64,000 bases of DNA from assembly GCA_951406725.2 (NCBI GenBank), contig OX597833.1, positions 70,184,001 to 70,248,000 on the forward strand. Reading direction: 5' to 3'. This stretch comes from Octopus vulgaris. Its lineage: Eukaryota. The notes beneath the pieces are model-generated. The model worked only from the letters and a program-made list of their open reading frames with translations. It ran no database searches and was not told where the DNA came from. A program made the translations under genes and the position numbers. This document shows positions 53,082 through 64,000 of this stretch, piece after piece; positions within the stretch are counted from its first letter, which is position 1, and each line of letters begins with the position of its first letter.

Positions 53082-53988
53082 TGTATGTATGTATGTATGT
53101 ATGTATGTATGTACACATACACACGCACACATACAAATCTATATACAACGTGTGGATTTGTGATGGACAGATACATACATACATTCATACATATACTGAA
53201 GGACGGAGGGACTGATGGATGAATGGATGTAGGAATGTATATGTGCATATTTCTTCATTATAGACTTGCTGTAGATGATGACCTTATGAAACCGGTTCTG
53301 AAAGAAGATACACTGGAAGATTTGATCAAGAAAAAACGTCTATTTTATACAGATTTGAATATATTGGAAGACGTTAGACATAGGGACGGTTTACATGTAG
53401 GTATATATTAATAAATGTATATATATATATTGCGTACTTGTGGTGTGTTTTTGTGTGTGCGTTCATATATGTGTGTGTGTGTGTGTGCATACGTTAACCG
53501 GTTCAAATCTCGGATGTATTTTACCTGTAAAAAAAAGCCGTTTCACTGAAGTTTGTCGTAGAAAATATTTGATTTACGTAATGGGTGCCGTGATGTTGAT
53601 AGTCGTCTCGCAGCGCCCTCTGGTGGAGCAATTTTGCAGATCAAATATGTCCGAAAAAGATTTGAATTAATCTATTTGTTGAACTAATTCACAACATTCG
53701 ACAGTCTATCAGATATATATGTACGTGTAACACACATATATATACGTGTGTGTGTGTGCATATGTGTTTGTGTCTCTGTGTTTGTCCCCCCCCCCACCAT
53801 TGCTTGACAACCGATGTTGCTGTGTTTTCCTCCCCGTAACTTAGTGGTTCGGCAAAAGAGACCGATAGAGCAGAAGTGTTTTGGTAGGCTTCTGTCTGCA
53901 GAATCTATTCAATTTTGAAAATGAAATGTATTTTAGTAAGTACCGTCTTTATAAATCATTGAATGTGTGTATATATGTTTGGGATACC

Positions 53989-54031
<43 letters not shown>

Positions 54032-55237
54032 CGTGTGTGTGTGTATGTGTTTGTCCCCCCACCCACCATCGCTTGACAACCGATGTTGCTGTGTTTTCCT
54101 CCCCGTAACTTAGCGGTTCGGCAAAAGAGACCGATAGAGCAGAAGTGTTTTCATTGATTAAACCTCGCTAAGTTAAATATTTAAATCACCTGAAGAATGA
54201 CTGTAACTCGAAATTTTAAGAATTGGACAGCCATGAAACGATCGTAGTGTTATACTAATTATCTTTTTTTAATAATTTTTTAATAATTTTTAATAATAAA
54301 ATAATAATTATTTTAAATTTATATTATTTAAAATAATATAAATTAATTAATCTTATGTATTGGCTTACGTCTTTCATTGTATGATTTGCATAATAGTGGT
54401 TTTGTCTCTAATTTAATATAATATAATATTTTACTATAAAATTGGATTCAATCCTAAATCTGATTTTTCCCTGTAAGTTTGGATTTATTCCCTAATATTT
54501 ATTATTAATATATATATATATATATATATTCCACCTCGATTTTATTTCTTTCTTTAAATAAACGTGAGAAATCCACATTAGGTTAAAACTGGATCTTCTA
54601 CTTTCGTTCCAATCTCCCAAATCTATTCATTGATTGAGATTTTGATTGTTATTCACTTGGCATAATTAATTACAGATGTGTGTTCCAATTGCGTTATTTA
54701 TGCTGAATTCCGAAGATGATTTGGTACCGATTGCCATACAACTGCAGCAGCAAAAAGGTCCAGATAATCCTGTAAGAATTTTCTAGAATATTTTCTTGTA
54801 ACTAAATGTATATTTTATTTAAATTTAGTGAATTATTCTGGGTTTTTTTCTGTAAAACTCTGAGTATTTCAGTTTGGTGTAATTTCTACTTACACCAGAT
54901 GTTTATAATGATGATTATTGGTTAATCAGTCTTCCAGTTATTTGATTGACGGAAACATCCGATTCACTGCATTGTGCTGTCAGCGGTTGTGTATTCCGCA
55001 GACATCTGTTTTCCTTTGAACATAAATCTGAGTCAGAGACAGCATCACACAGTGTATTACATGGCGGCTCACTCAAAGCGACGAAAATATTTTGACAAAT
55101 TAAATTTAAGTGTTGAAGTGAATCTAACGGTTTTTGTGAGCTTCTTAAATGGCTTACAAACACCTTCCTCGCTGCAATTGTTTTCGTTCCAGCACACGCT
55201 CTCAGATCAGGTCACTTGCTATGCAAGTACATCTCCG

Positions 55238-55301
<64 letters not shown>

Positions 55302-57971
55302 CATACACACAGAATGTGTGTTTGTATGCATGTGTGTGTATGTATGTATATATGTGTATGTATGTATGTGCATATATATATATATATATATATGTGTGTA
55401 TGTATGTATGTATGTATGTATATATGCACGTATGTATATATATATACATATATAAAATTAGATTCTTTGGTCATTTCCTTTAGGTGTTTCTTCCTACCGA
55501 TGATCCTGTCGTTTGGACCCTGGCTAAAATGTGGTATAATCTGGCTGATGCCACTTACCATCAATCTCTTGTGCACCTCGGTAGGATCATTGTTATTATT
55601 ATTATTATCATTATTATTATTATTATTATTATTATTACAAAAAGCTGTGGACAGGCAGAATTGCTACAGCGTTGGACAAAATGTATTCTTCCGTCTTTTA
55701 AGTCGTGTTTTCAAATTTTACCATGGTCAGCTCTGCCTTTCACCCTGGGTCGGTGGATGACATCGACCCCAGTACACACCTAGTACTTAATTTACCCCGA
55801 CCGCGCAAATTATGAAAGTGTGAAAGGCAAAGTCGGCCACGGTAGAATATATATATATATATATATCACCTGATCCCCTGACCGACCAGACCATCAGATG
55901 TTGCTACACATCGCTGGTCACAATGCGTTCGCATTGTTTTAGCCTTCGAATGACGCCACCCCGCTGGCTAAGCGAGCAGGCCATATATGTATGTATATAT
56001 ATATATATATATACAGAGAGAGAGAGGGGGAGGGAGAGAAAGACAGGCAGACAGATAGATCACTTTCTTTATTGGCCACACAGGGCTAAACACAGAGGAG
56101 ACATACATCTTTGAATAATGTCAAATATTCTTTATATTAGCAACAACATTGTGTTTCGACAAGTTCGATCTCAAATGTGGTCAGATAAACAGCACCAGAG
56201 TGGATTTGATCTCACGACTTTTATTTTTGAATTTCCGCTCGTTCAGTTACGCTAATAGCACGAAAGCTTATCGTAGCAATAAACAACTCATCGCATAAAT
56301 AGAGATAATTAATCAACATTAGATGATTAACCGGATTAAGAAGTTTTGAAGGCTGCGAGCTGGCAGAATCGTTAGCACGCCGGGCGAAATGCTTTGCGAT
56401 ATTTCGTCTGCCGCTACGTTCTGAGTTCAAATTCCGCCGAGGTCGACTTTACCTTTCATCCTTTCGGGGTCGATAAATTAAGTACCAGTTGCACACTGGG
56501 GTCGATGTAATCGACTTAATCCGTTTGTCTGTCCTTGTTTGTCCCCTCTGTGTTTAGTCCCTTGCGGGTAGTAAAGAAATAGGATTAAGAAGTTTTGATA
56601 TATTTTATTTATATATATTTTGTAGGTTTGACACATTTATTAATGGAAGGAATTATTCTTTCCATGCACATACATGTCTCTGTTTCACATCCTCTCTACA
56701 AGATTTTGGCACCTCACACACTGTACCTTTTGGCAATTAACAGGTAAGCATTTTATTTCTCTTGTCAGCACGACATAAATCTCTAGTCGAGTGGCATCTT
56801 TACTGTTAGGGCGTAGCAGGGCCAGATTATGACCCTTAAAAGCACTAAACGCTTAAAAGGTTTTACTGATCCCGTATATACGTACTTCAAAATATAAACG
56901 ATAATAAACCATAACATATGGCGCAGGAGTGGTTGTGTGGTAAGTAGCTTGCTAACCAACCACATGGTTCCGGGTTCAGTCCCACTGCGTGGCATCTTGG
57001 GCAAGTGTCTTCTGCTGTAGCCCCGGGCCGACCAATGCCTTGTGAGTGGACTTGGTAGACGGAAACTGAAAGAAGCCTGTCGTATATATGTATATATATA
57101 TATGTGTATGTGTGTGTGTTTGTGTGTCTGTGTTTGTCCCCCTAGCATTGCTTGACAACCGATGCTGGTGTGTTTACGTCCCCGTTACTTAGCGGTTCGG
57201 CAAAATGACCGATAGAATAAGTACTGGGCTTACAAAAAGAATAAGTCCTGGGGTCGAGTTGCTCGATTAAAGGCGGTGCTCCAGCATGGCCGCAGTCAAA
57301 TGACTGAAACAAGTAAAAGAGTAAAGAGTAATATCATTTTATTTTTCAACAGTAGGGTGCAAAATAATATATATTTTTGTATACTTCCATTTTATTTATA
57401 TTCCATTAGTCTTCTACATTGATCGGATCCCCAAAATTAATCTTGCGTAGCACATCCGCTCCTATACTTAGTAGATGTAAGGCATCCTAAATCGTATTTC
57501 AGCAAGTTTAAAGTGATTTTCTTTTTGTGGCGTAAACCATTTACTATTTCTGTGGTGCTTCCCCTTCCCTTTATCTCTTAAGCACGTGCTTATTTTGATC
57601 AATGATTTATGCAGCCTTGGGTGTACAAAGCCGTCACTAGCAAGCGAGTATCTCCCGTACCATCTTTTGCTACTTGTTTTAGGTGTCCATGTAGTCACAA
57701 GTATCGTCACATTCTCTTCATCTTCCCAGCTTCCACCCAGTGATACATGGAGGATGTGACAGCGCTAAAAAAAGAAGGCTACACTCCTGTCGGCTGGTAC
57801 TCATTTCCAGCGAAATGAATTGGATATACCTTTTCTCAGAGGTACACTGTGCCTCCATGTCCAAGAGGGGGCCCCACAATCTTATGATAGTTATCTCAAC
57901 GCCCAGCACCGCTAGGGTATGGAAAGTAATGTAGTTTGTTGGTTATAAATAAGTGAACAGAATATACAGCA

Positions 57972-58003
<32 letters not shown>

Positions 58004-58987
58004 CGTGTGCGTGTGTGTGTGTGTTTCATTTCAAAAATTTATGCAAAATGTATAAATAATTGAACTTTTGTCATTTTAGTCGAGGATTCAAAAAGCTGGT
58101 GTCGCCCGGCGGCTGGGTTGACAAGACGATGACCGTTGGAGTAGCAGGAATGTTTCAACTGATATACAAAGGGTAAGTTGCTTTTGCATACATACTCGCA
58201 TACACAGACACACATGTGCACATAATATACATATATATGAAACATATAAATACATGTACATATCTCTGAAGAGCAGAAGGGTTGTCTATAAATGCTTATC
58301 AATACAGGATTTCATTATAGGGACAAGTCTTCTGCGAAACGATCGTAAGATGCTTTAAATAATTAATTCAAAATTTTTAAACTATCAAATTTATTTTATA
58401 CATTATATTTATATTTTTATATTTATTTATCTATATATTTTTTTAATATAATTTCTTTCACACGGGTGAATATACTCTTACTCTTTTACTCTTTTACTTG
58501 TTTCAGTCATTTGACTGCGGCCATGCTGGAGCACCGCCTTTAGTCGAGCAACTCGACGCCGGGACTTATTCTTTGTAAGCCCAGTACTTATTCTATCGGT
58601 CTCTTTTGCCGAACCGCTAAATAACGGGAACGTAAACACACCAGCATCGGTTGCCAAGCAATGCTGGGGGGGGACAAACACAGACACACAAACACACACA
58701 CACATACATATATATACATATATACGACAGGCTTCTTTCAGTTTCCGTCTACCAAATCCACTCACAAGGCATTGGTCGGCTCGGGGCTATAGCAGAAGAC
58801 ACTTGCCCAAGATGCCACACAGTGGGACTGAACCCGGAACCATGTGGCTGGTTAGCAAGCTACTTACCACACAGCCACTCCTGCGCCAAACTTTATGATG
58901 AGTTTGGATATTTATTTCCTTATATTAATAATAATAATATAATATTAAATAATACATGTACATACACATGAGATACAAACACACACG

Positions 58988-59027
<40 letters not shown>

Positions 59028-59306
59028 TAGTTGCAAATTTTGGCACAAGGCCAGCGATTTCGGAGGAGGGGATAAGTCAATTACATCGACACCAGAGCTT
59101 AACTGGTACTTATTTTATCGACCACAAGAAAGTGAAATGCAAAGTCGACATCGGTGGCTTTAGAACATAAAGAGAGCCGAAATGGCTATAAAAATTTCGT
59201 CAGGCGTGCCGACGTTTCAACCAGCTCACCACCTTACACAGGATATATATATATTTGATCTGAATGAAACAGTTCTAGTCCTGTAGAAGATCCTTCTATA
59301 AAATAA

Positions 59307-59395
<89 letters not shown>

Positions 59396-59621
59396 TGAGT
59401 GGATAAACGAAAGAAGGGCATTTAACAAATTTATTGGGAGTTACACGTATGGATCAAAATAGTTTGATACAAATTCAAAATGGCTGACGACTAGCATCAC
59501 ACCTGAAACTCAAGAGTACCAACGAATTTGAATCAAACTATTTTGATTCGTGTGTGTGTGTGTGTGTGTGTGTGTCTTGAAATATACTATACGATATATA
59601 TATACATTGAAACACTCTATA

Positions 59622-59678
<57 letters not shown>

Positions 59679-60212
59679 ATAGCTGTAACTATTTTCCATG
59701 GTGAATTTGTTGACTTTGGCTTGAACTAGATAAGAATAAACTATTTATTACTGTTTCTAAATTTTCTACAGCCACCTTCATATTCCATGACTACCAAGGA
59801 TTCTGGATTATTTTTCCGTTTTTTTTTTTTTTTTTAATTAATTTTTGAGAGCGGTTGGGTTCATTTTTAGTATTCCCGTTACGTTTGTTTTTCTTTCTTT
59901 TTTTTATTTCAGTATACAGCATTGGGATTTTTCTATTGATGGAATACCTTCAAACGAATTTGCAAGGAGAAAGGTATTTATCTTTTAATACAAAGATGAC
60001 CCCTGTACTTTATTGAATCATATTGTACTTTATTGTACTCACTAACGTTCTTTTTTTCGTATTCCTCGAGTTCTGAGCGTTTCCTCACGTCTGTGACGTA
60101 GATATTTTAAAATTTTATATTCATGTAGAGTCTGACAAGCTGTCCACAAGGTTTTGGCTTTGTGGATGCGAAACCTTGGGTAAGTCTATGTTCAAGATAT
60201 AAAATTCTGTTG

Positions 60213-60281
<69 letters not shown>

Positions 60282-60985
60282 GACGCCATGATAGATCGTT
60301 AGCTCCTACACGCATTTTTTCCTCCCCTTTTTTTTCTCTCCTTGTTTTTTATCTGTGTCCCTTTCTGTAGAAGAGCGTAGGCTCGAAACGTAAAAGACTT
60401 TTTGTATTCCTGAGCGCTTTACAAATACATCTGTTTGCTTGTACTCCACCTGCCTTCGTCTTTTGTTTATTTTCGTAAACTTTCCCTTTATATATATATA
60501 TATATATACGCTGATATGTATATACATTTGCATACAAGCACTATATTCAGAAATTGATTTATATAGAATGAACACGAAAAGACTACTCAGTCCATAATAG
60601 GGAGCACATACTATATCTAATTTAATACGGTAGAGTTACTGACCAGCACATTAAACAAAGCATTGTACGATTGGTGAATGCATTTTTTTTTCTGTTCTCC
60701 TATTGTAGGTACATGAGACGGATGTGCTACCCAAGTATTATTACAGAGATGATTGTATTAAATTATACGAGTGTATTCATCGATATGCATCTAGCTATAT
60801 CGATCTCTACTATGGTAATTACGGAATTATATTGTTATGGCGTCTATATGTGATTTTTGTTTCTTTCTAACATTTAAAACAGGTGTATAACGTGTAAAGA
60901 AATAATAATTTGTGCTTTTAATTTGCTTCTTTATATTTTCTAATTATCTTGCTATGATCATTTGTTCAAACAGACATACATATAC

Positions 60986-61029
<44 letters not shown>

Positions 61030-61399
61030 AAACGAACAATACAGTTTCATATTTAAGAGATAGGGAAATATTTACATTATTTACATTATTTATATTTATG
61101 TATGTATATAAGTGTGAAATTCTTATGATCCTTTCTGCATGTATATTTTCCGTTTGTACTTATGTATATTTCTTGAATGTAACGTCACGCATCTTCCTAT
61201 TTTGTAACCGTTCTGTGAATATATATATGTATATATATATATATATATATAGTGAGAGAGAGGGGGAGAGAGGAGAGAGATAGGTCTTTCTTAGTTACAT
61301 ATATTCATACATACATGCATGCATACATTCATGCATGCATACATTCATGCAATACAGATACACATGCATGCATACATGTATGCTTGAATACAGATACAC

Positions 61400-61490
<91 letters not shown>

Positions 61491-61829
61491 GTTTCTTTAC
61501 TGCTTAATGTAAAAATGGTTAAATTTTCTTTATATATATATATTACCAATGTTACTCTTAAATGTATTGATAACTTCAAATATGTGATTAACTATATTGC
61601 TAATTACAATTTCAGTCAATGAACAAGATGTCACTGACGACCATGAGTTACAAAACTGGGTAGAGTGTATTTCGAAGCAGGCCGTAAATGGTGGCATCGG
61701 TCTAAAGGTAACCATCTTTCTTTCCTGCACGGACGTTCTAAGGACTGGACGTCTCCTATCTCTCTCTTGTATCTTTTCTCTTTTCAAAGAAAATATTTCT
61801 CTCCATGTTTGTTTTCATTCGGTTTCCTC

Positions 61830-61885
<56 letters not shown>

Positions 61886-62083
61886 ATCTGCTATGTGGAC
61901 GCTCTTACGCTAAAGATAGATCCGCAAGGATCTATCTTTAGCGTAAGAGCGTCCACCTAGAGGATTCTCTCTCATATTTGTGTATTAATAATATTTACTG
62001 AATCTCAGTCTTTTATGCGCTAGACCACTGGTGTTAAATTGGGGTTATTAAATTAATATTCAATTTTTTCACCCTCATTTTGA

Positions 62084-62142
<59 letters not shown>

Positions 62143-63041
62143 ATAAGAGAAAAAATCAATAGAAAGGAACTCTATCTCACTCAAAATATCTTTTGATAAG
62201 CATAACAAATGCACAACCGGTAAAAAGAACTTTCACCTAATTAAATACACTCTCCCTTACTTAAATTATTTTGTCAGCATTTTCTTCATTTCCTTTTTTA
62301 TATATCACAACTCGTGTTCCACATCTCCTTTTTTAAATATATATATATATATTCAATACGATATTCAACAAAAGGCACGGCCAATACGTGCAGGGACGGG
62401 CACTGAGCGATTGATAGAGGGCAACTGACTCTCACCTGCTGATATTCTCCAACCATTGTTGCTGGTTTGCGTGTTTGTTACTCGAGACACCGTTCATCAC
62501 ATCGAGATGTTTTATGTCCAAAAAGTTGTTCACAAACCGATTTTTTCATGAGAAGCCTTCTGAGAGCGACGCTCCACTCCATATACATACAATATATTTA
62601 TTTAATTCTTTTTCTCTCTTACTCATTACAAAGATGTTGAAATTTCTAGTCGTAGGTAAATCACTAGTAGTACCATTTTATTCTTATTTGAAACCATCAG
62701 CATTACATAACCAGAGGTAAAAAAAAGTTCATTAAACATTTTACGAAGTGAGGCATTTTTTATAGATGGAAATTAATTACAGGTAAAAAGACATTCAAGT
62801 GTGTCTTTTTCTTTATTGTTTTTCGCTATTGATTCTAATAAATTTATCTTTTTTAAAGGGCTTGCCAATGAAGGATGGCAAAGGTCATATGCCATCAAAA
62901 GAACAATTAAAATTGTTTATAACTACTGTCCTCTATATCTCTAGTGTGTCACATGCACACGCCAACTTCCTTCAGTATGAAGAATATGCATTTCCTGCAA
63001 ATTATCCATCAATGATAAGGACTCCGTTGTTAAAAGACAAA
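41666..63041 (+). CDS. Lipoxygenase paralogue B (PLAT + LOX domain), multi-exon gene span, C-terminal exons beyond the right edge
   Basis: 13 exons splice in frame with GT-AG (1737 nt, 579 aa, no stops). Iron ligands H360, H365, H550, N554 are present, matching the spacing of human 5-LOX H367/H372/H550/N554; YYYRDD and DxELQNW motifs. Confidence 0.96.
43240..43460 (+). mobile_element. Degenerate RTE-clade LINE RT fragment
   Basis: [24 protein letters not shown]...LKYFG...LDVEINVRI. Confidence 0.65.
44292..44336 (+). CDS. LOX-B coding exon 2
   Basis: tag|[15 protein letters not shown]|gtaagt, 45 nt. Confidence 0.9.
44465..44975 (+). mobile_element. Dong/R4-clade non-LTR retrotransposon 3' end (restriction-like endonuclease) inserted in (TAA)n
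   Basis: [12 protein letters not shown]...[10 protein letters not shown]...IDVSIP...EKLSKYKDL...PIIVGALG...LLGTAHILR; flanked by TAA repeats at 44346-44460 and 44977-45001. Confidence 0.85.
45210..45475 (+). mobile_element. Probable Dong/R4-clade ORF N-terminal relic
   Basis: [19 protein letters not shown]...GYRQRIY resembles the RxxWtxexN..vmecYy...GYrxRm N-terminal motif of R4/Dong ORFs. Confidence 0.6.
47385..47892 (+). mobile_element. CR1-clade LINE 3' fragment with internal deletion and (ATT)n tail
   Basis: [13 protein letters not shown]...LETVQR...TRGH.YK...[12 protein letters not shown]...SFK. Confidence 0.82.
48054..48182 (+). CDS. LOX-B coding exon 3
   Basis: cag|[43 protein letters not shown]|gtgagt, 129 nt. 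Confidence 0.9.
48232..48758 (-). mobile_element. Non-autonomous Helitron-like element in LOX-B intron 3
   Basis: Minus strand A|TCTCTCTATATATAAAC...cccgggcaacgccggg-ctatgctg-CTAG|T: 5' TC, subterminal hairpin, 3' CTAG, inserted between A and T, no TSD. Confidence 0.72.
50129..50226 (+). CDS. LOX-B coding exon 4
   Basis: tag|[32 protein letters not shown](K)|gtaagt, 98 nt. Confidence 0.95.
51514..52098. repeat. ~580-bp (CT)n-rich polypyrimidine tract with recurring cattatca interruptions
   Basis: Direct reading; lies in LOX-B intron 4. Confidence 0.92.
52111..52347. mobile_element. Tc1/mariner-type MITE
   Basis: Imperfect ~30-bp TIRs cagggtggtccaaacgtagg / cctacttttgtgccaccctt. Confidence 0.6.
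52771..53015. repeat. 116-bp-arm inverted repeat with a 13-nt loop, flanked by (TA)n
   Basis: taccggagtaaacac...actctg [agtttcatgttcc] cagagt...gtgtttactccggta, with a few mismatches. Confidence 0.9.
53264..53396 (+). CDS. LOX-B coding exon 5
   Basis: tag|[44 protein letters not shown]|gtaggt, 133 nt. Confidence 0.93.
53613..53626 (-). promoter_or_regulatory. CTCF-like core motif CCACCAGAGGGCGC
   Basis: Exact fit to the CCASYAGRKGGCRS consensus; binding not shown. Confidence 0.35.
54676..54771 (+). CDS. LOX-B coding exon 6
   Basis: cag|[32 protein letters not shown]|gtaag, 96 nt. Confidence 0.95.
55484..55580 (+). CDS. LOX-B coding exon 7
   Basis: tag|[32 protein letters not shown](G)|gtagg, 97 nt. 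Confidence 0.95.
56626..56743 (+). CDS. LOX-B coding exon 8
   Basis: tag|(G)[38 protein letters not shown](S)|gtaag, 118 nt. Confidence 0.95.
58080..58172 (+). CDS. LOX-B coding exon 9 (Coffa-Brash site Gly)
   Basis: tag|[30 protein letters not shown](G)|gtaagt, 93 nt. Confidence 0.94.
59913..59973 (+). CDS. LOX-B coding exon 10
   Basis: long polypyrimidine tract, cag|[20 protein letters not shown]|gtatt, 61 nt. Confidence 0.9.
60709..60814 (+). CDS. LOX-B coding exon 11
   Basis: tag|[35 protein letters not shown]|gtaat, 106 nt; YxYRDD LOX motif. Confidence 0.94.
61616..61707 (+). CDS. LOX-B coding exon 12
   Basis: cag|(V)[30 protein letters not shown]|gtaac, 92 nt; VxxDxELQxW motif. Confidence 0.94.
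61874..61977. repeat. ~104-nt hairpin with a 29-bp perfect stem and GCAA loop
   Basis: gtggacgctcttacgctaaagatagatcc-gcaa-ggatctatctttagcgtaagagcgtccac plus an imperfect extension. Confidence 0.9.
62859..63041 (+). CDS. LOX-B coding exon 13 (third iron His and Asn)
   Basis: aag|[10 protein letters not shown]...[35 protein letters not shown]|gtaagt, 183 nt. Confidence 0.95.
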
Positions 63042-64000
63042 GTAAGTATTGTTCTTTGGTAAAATACAGTAATATACTTCACTCAGTTTTTATTTGCCTC
63101 CGCTTTTTTATTTGATCAAGTTATAAATTTTGAATAAAGAATTACGAGATTTTCGGAGAATTAAAAACTCATTTCATCTTCTAGCATGTTACAAAAATTT
63201 GTATTAAGGCCTAGAATTCTGTTCAAGGCCGAGAGAGTCGAACGAGAACCTTTAACATGTAAGATCGTCAACGCCTGATGAAACAAGGACTACAAGATTT
63301 TCGTACATTAAAAGTATTAATTACATGAAAAAATGATAGAATGATACAAACTCTGTGTCATGAAATTTTTGTGTTTTGTAAAAAGCCTTCCGATGTCTTC
63401 GGCTTTACAAACACACACATAAAATAATACGTATAGAGTTACTTGTTTTTTTGGGGTTTTTTTTAAATTCTTTTTTTGTAGCGTTATTGATTATCTTCAG
63501 TTTACCTCCGCAATTATAATTCTTGTAGAGTATTCTCCTCCTGCCTTTCCTAGTAGAATATTTTCGTCCTTCATTTAAAAAAAAAGGAAATATTTTGAAT
63601 TTTCCATTCTCACAAATGCTTATTTGCTCATTACATATAACATTTATAAGAGATGAATCTTTTATTTGTTGCTTATGTACCCTACCTCGATTTATGAATT
63701 ATTGTCTTCTTTAGCCAATATATTTGTCATTGCGTTATAGGCATGTAATGCAGTAAATGGGACGTTTTGTTTCGCCTTTCATATTTGCAATAACCTTCAA
63801 TTCCTTTCCATTCATGGATTTGGGGGTGTTTTTGTCCCTGTTCAGTTATTCCATACTTGCCTAAATGAAGGTTCCCGTGGTTTGTTAACTGCATAATTTC
63901 TTCCTCTGATGTGAATTTCGCCTTTGCCAAGTCTTCGACTGTTGATAATTGGTGATTCTTTGATTATTTTTCTGATATTGGTTGATTGGTATACTGTTGA

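Noticed and set aside
63700-64000. Minus-strand ORF with a possible decayed Cys motif (PIYCITCL in an adjacent frame)
   Set aside because: May be a LINE ORF1 relic but too degenerate to support; not LOX-like and on the wrong strand for LOX-B.

Overview
AT-rich animal genomic DNA saturated with microsatellites and SINEs. The repeat landscape looks like a coleoid cephalopod (octopus); this is inferred, not shown. The window holds two multi-exon lipoxygenase (PLAT + LOX catalytic domain) paralogues arranged head-to-head, with start codons about 27.8 kb apart. LOX-A is on the - strand: 10 coding exons from 13906 down to 185 (452 aa seen), continuing past the left edge. LOX-B is on the + strand: 13 coding exons from 41666 to 63041 (579 aa seen), continuing past the right edge. 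All exons were reconstructed by hand with GT-AG junctions, and the 10 shared exons have identical lengths and phases. The paralogues differ at the Coffa-Brash stereo-determinant (Ala403 in A, Gly403 in B), which predicts an S-/R- enzyme pair; both start with an N-myristoylation consensus. The non-coding DNA contains several tRNA-derived SINE families, CR1/RTE/Dong LINE fragments, Tc1/mariner relics, Helitron-like elements and a tandem piggyBac-like MITE array. It also contains short (TA)n-embedded elements with minimal hammerhead-ribozyme motifs, long perfect palindromes, and a 125-bp inverted repeat bracketing LOX-A exons 5-6. Most ORFs in the supplied track are microsatellite or SINE artefacts.
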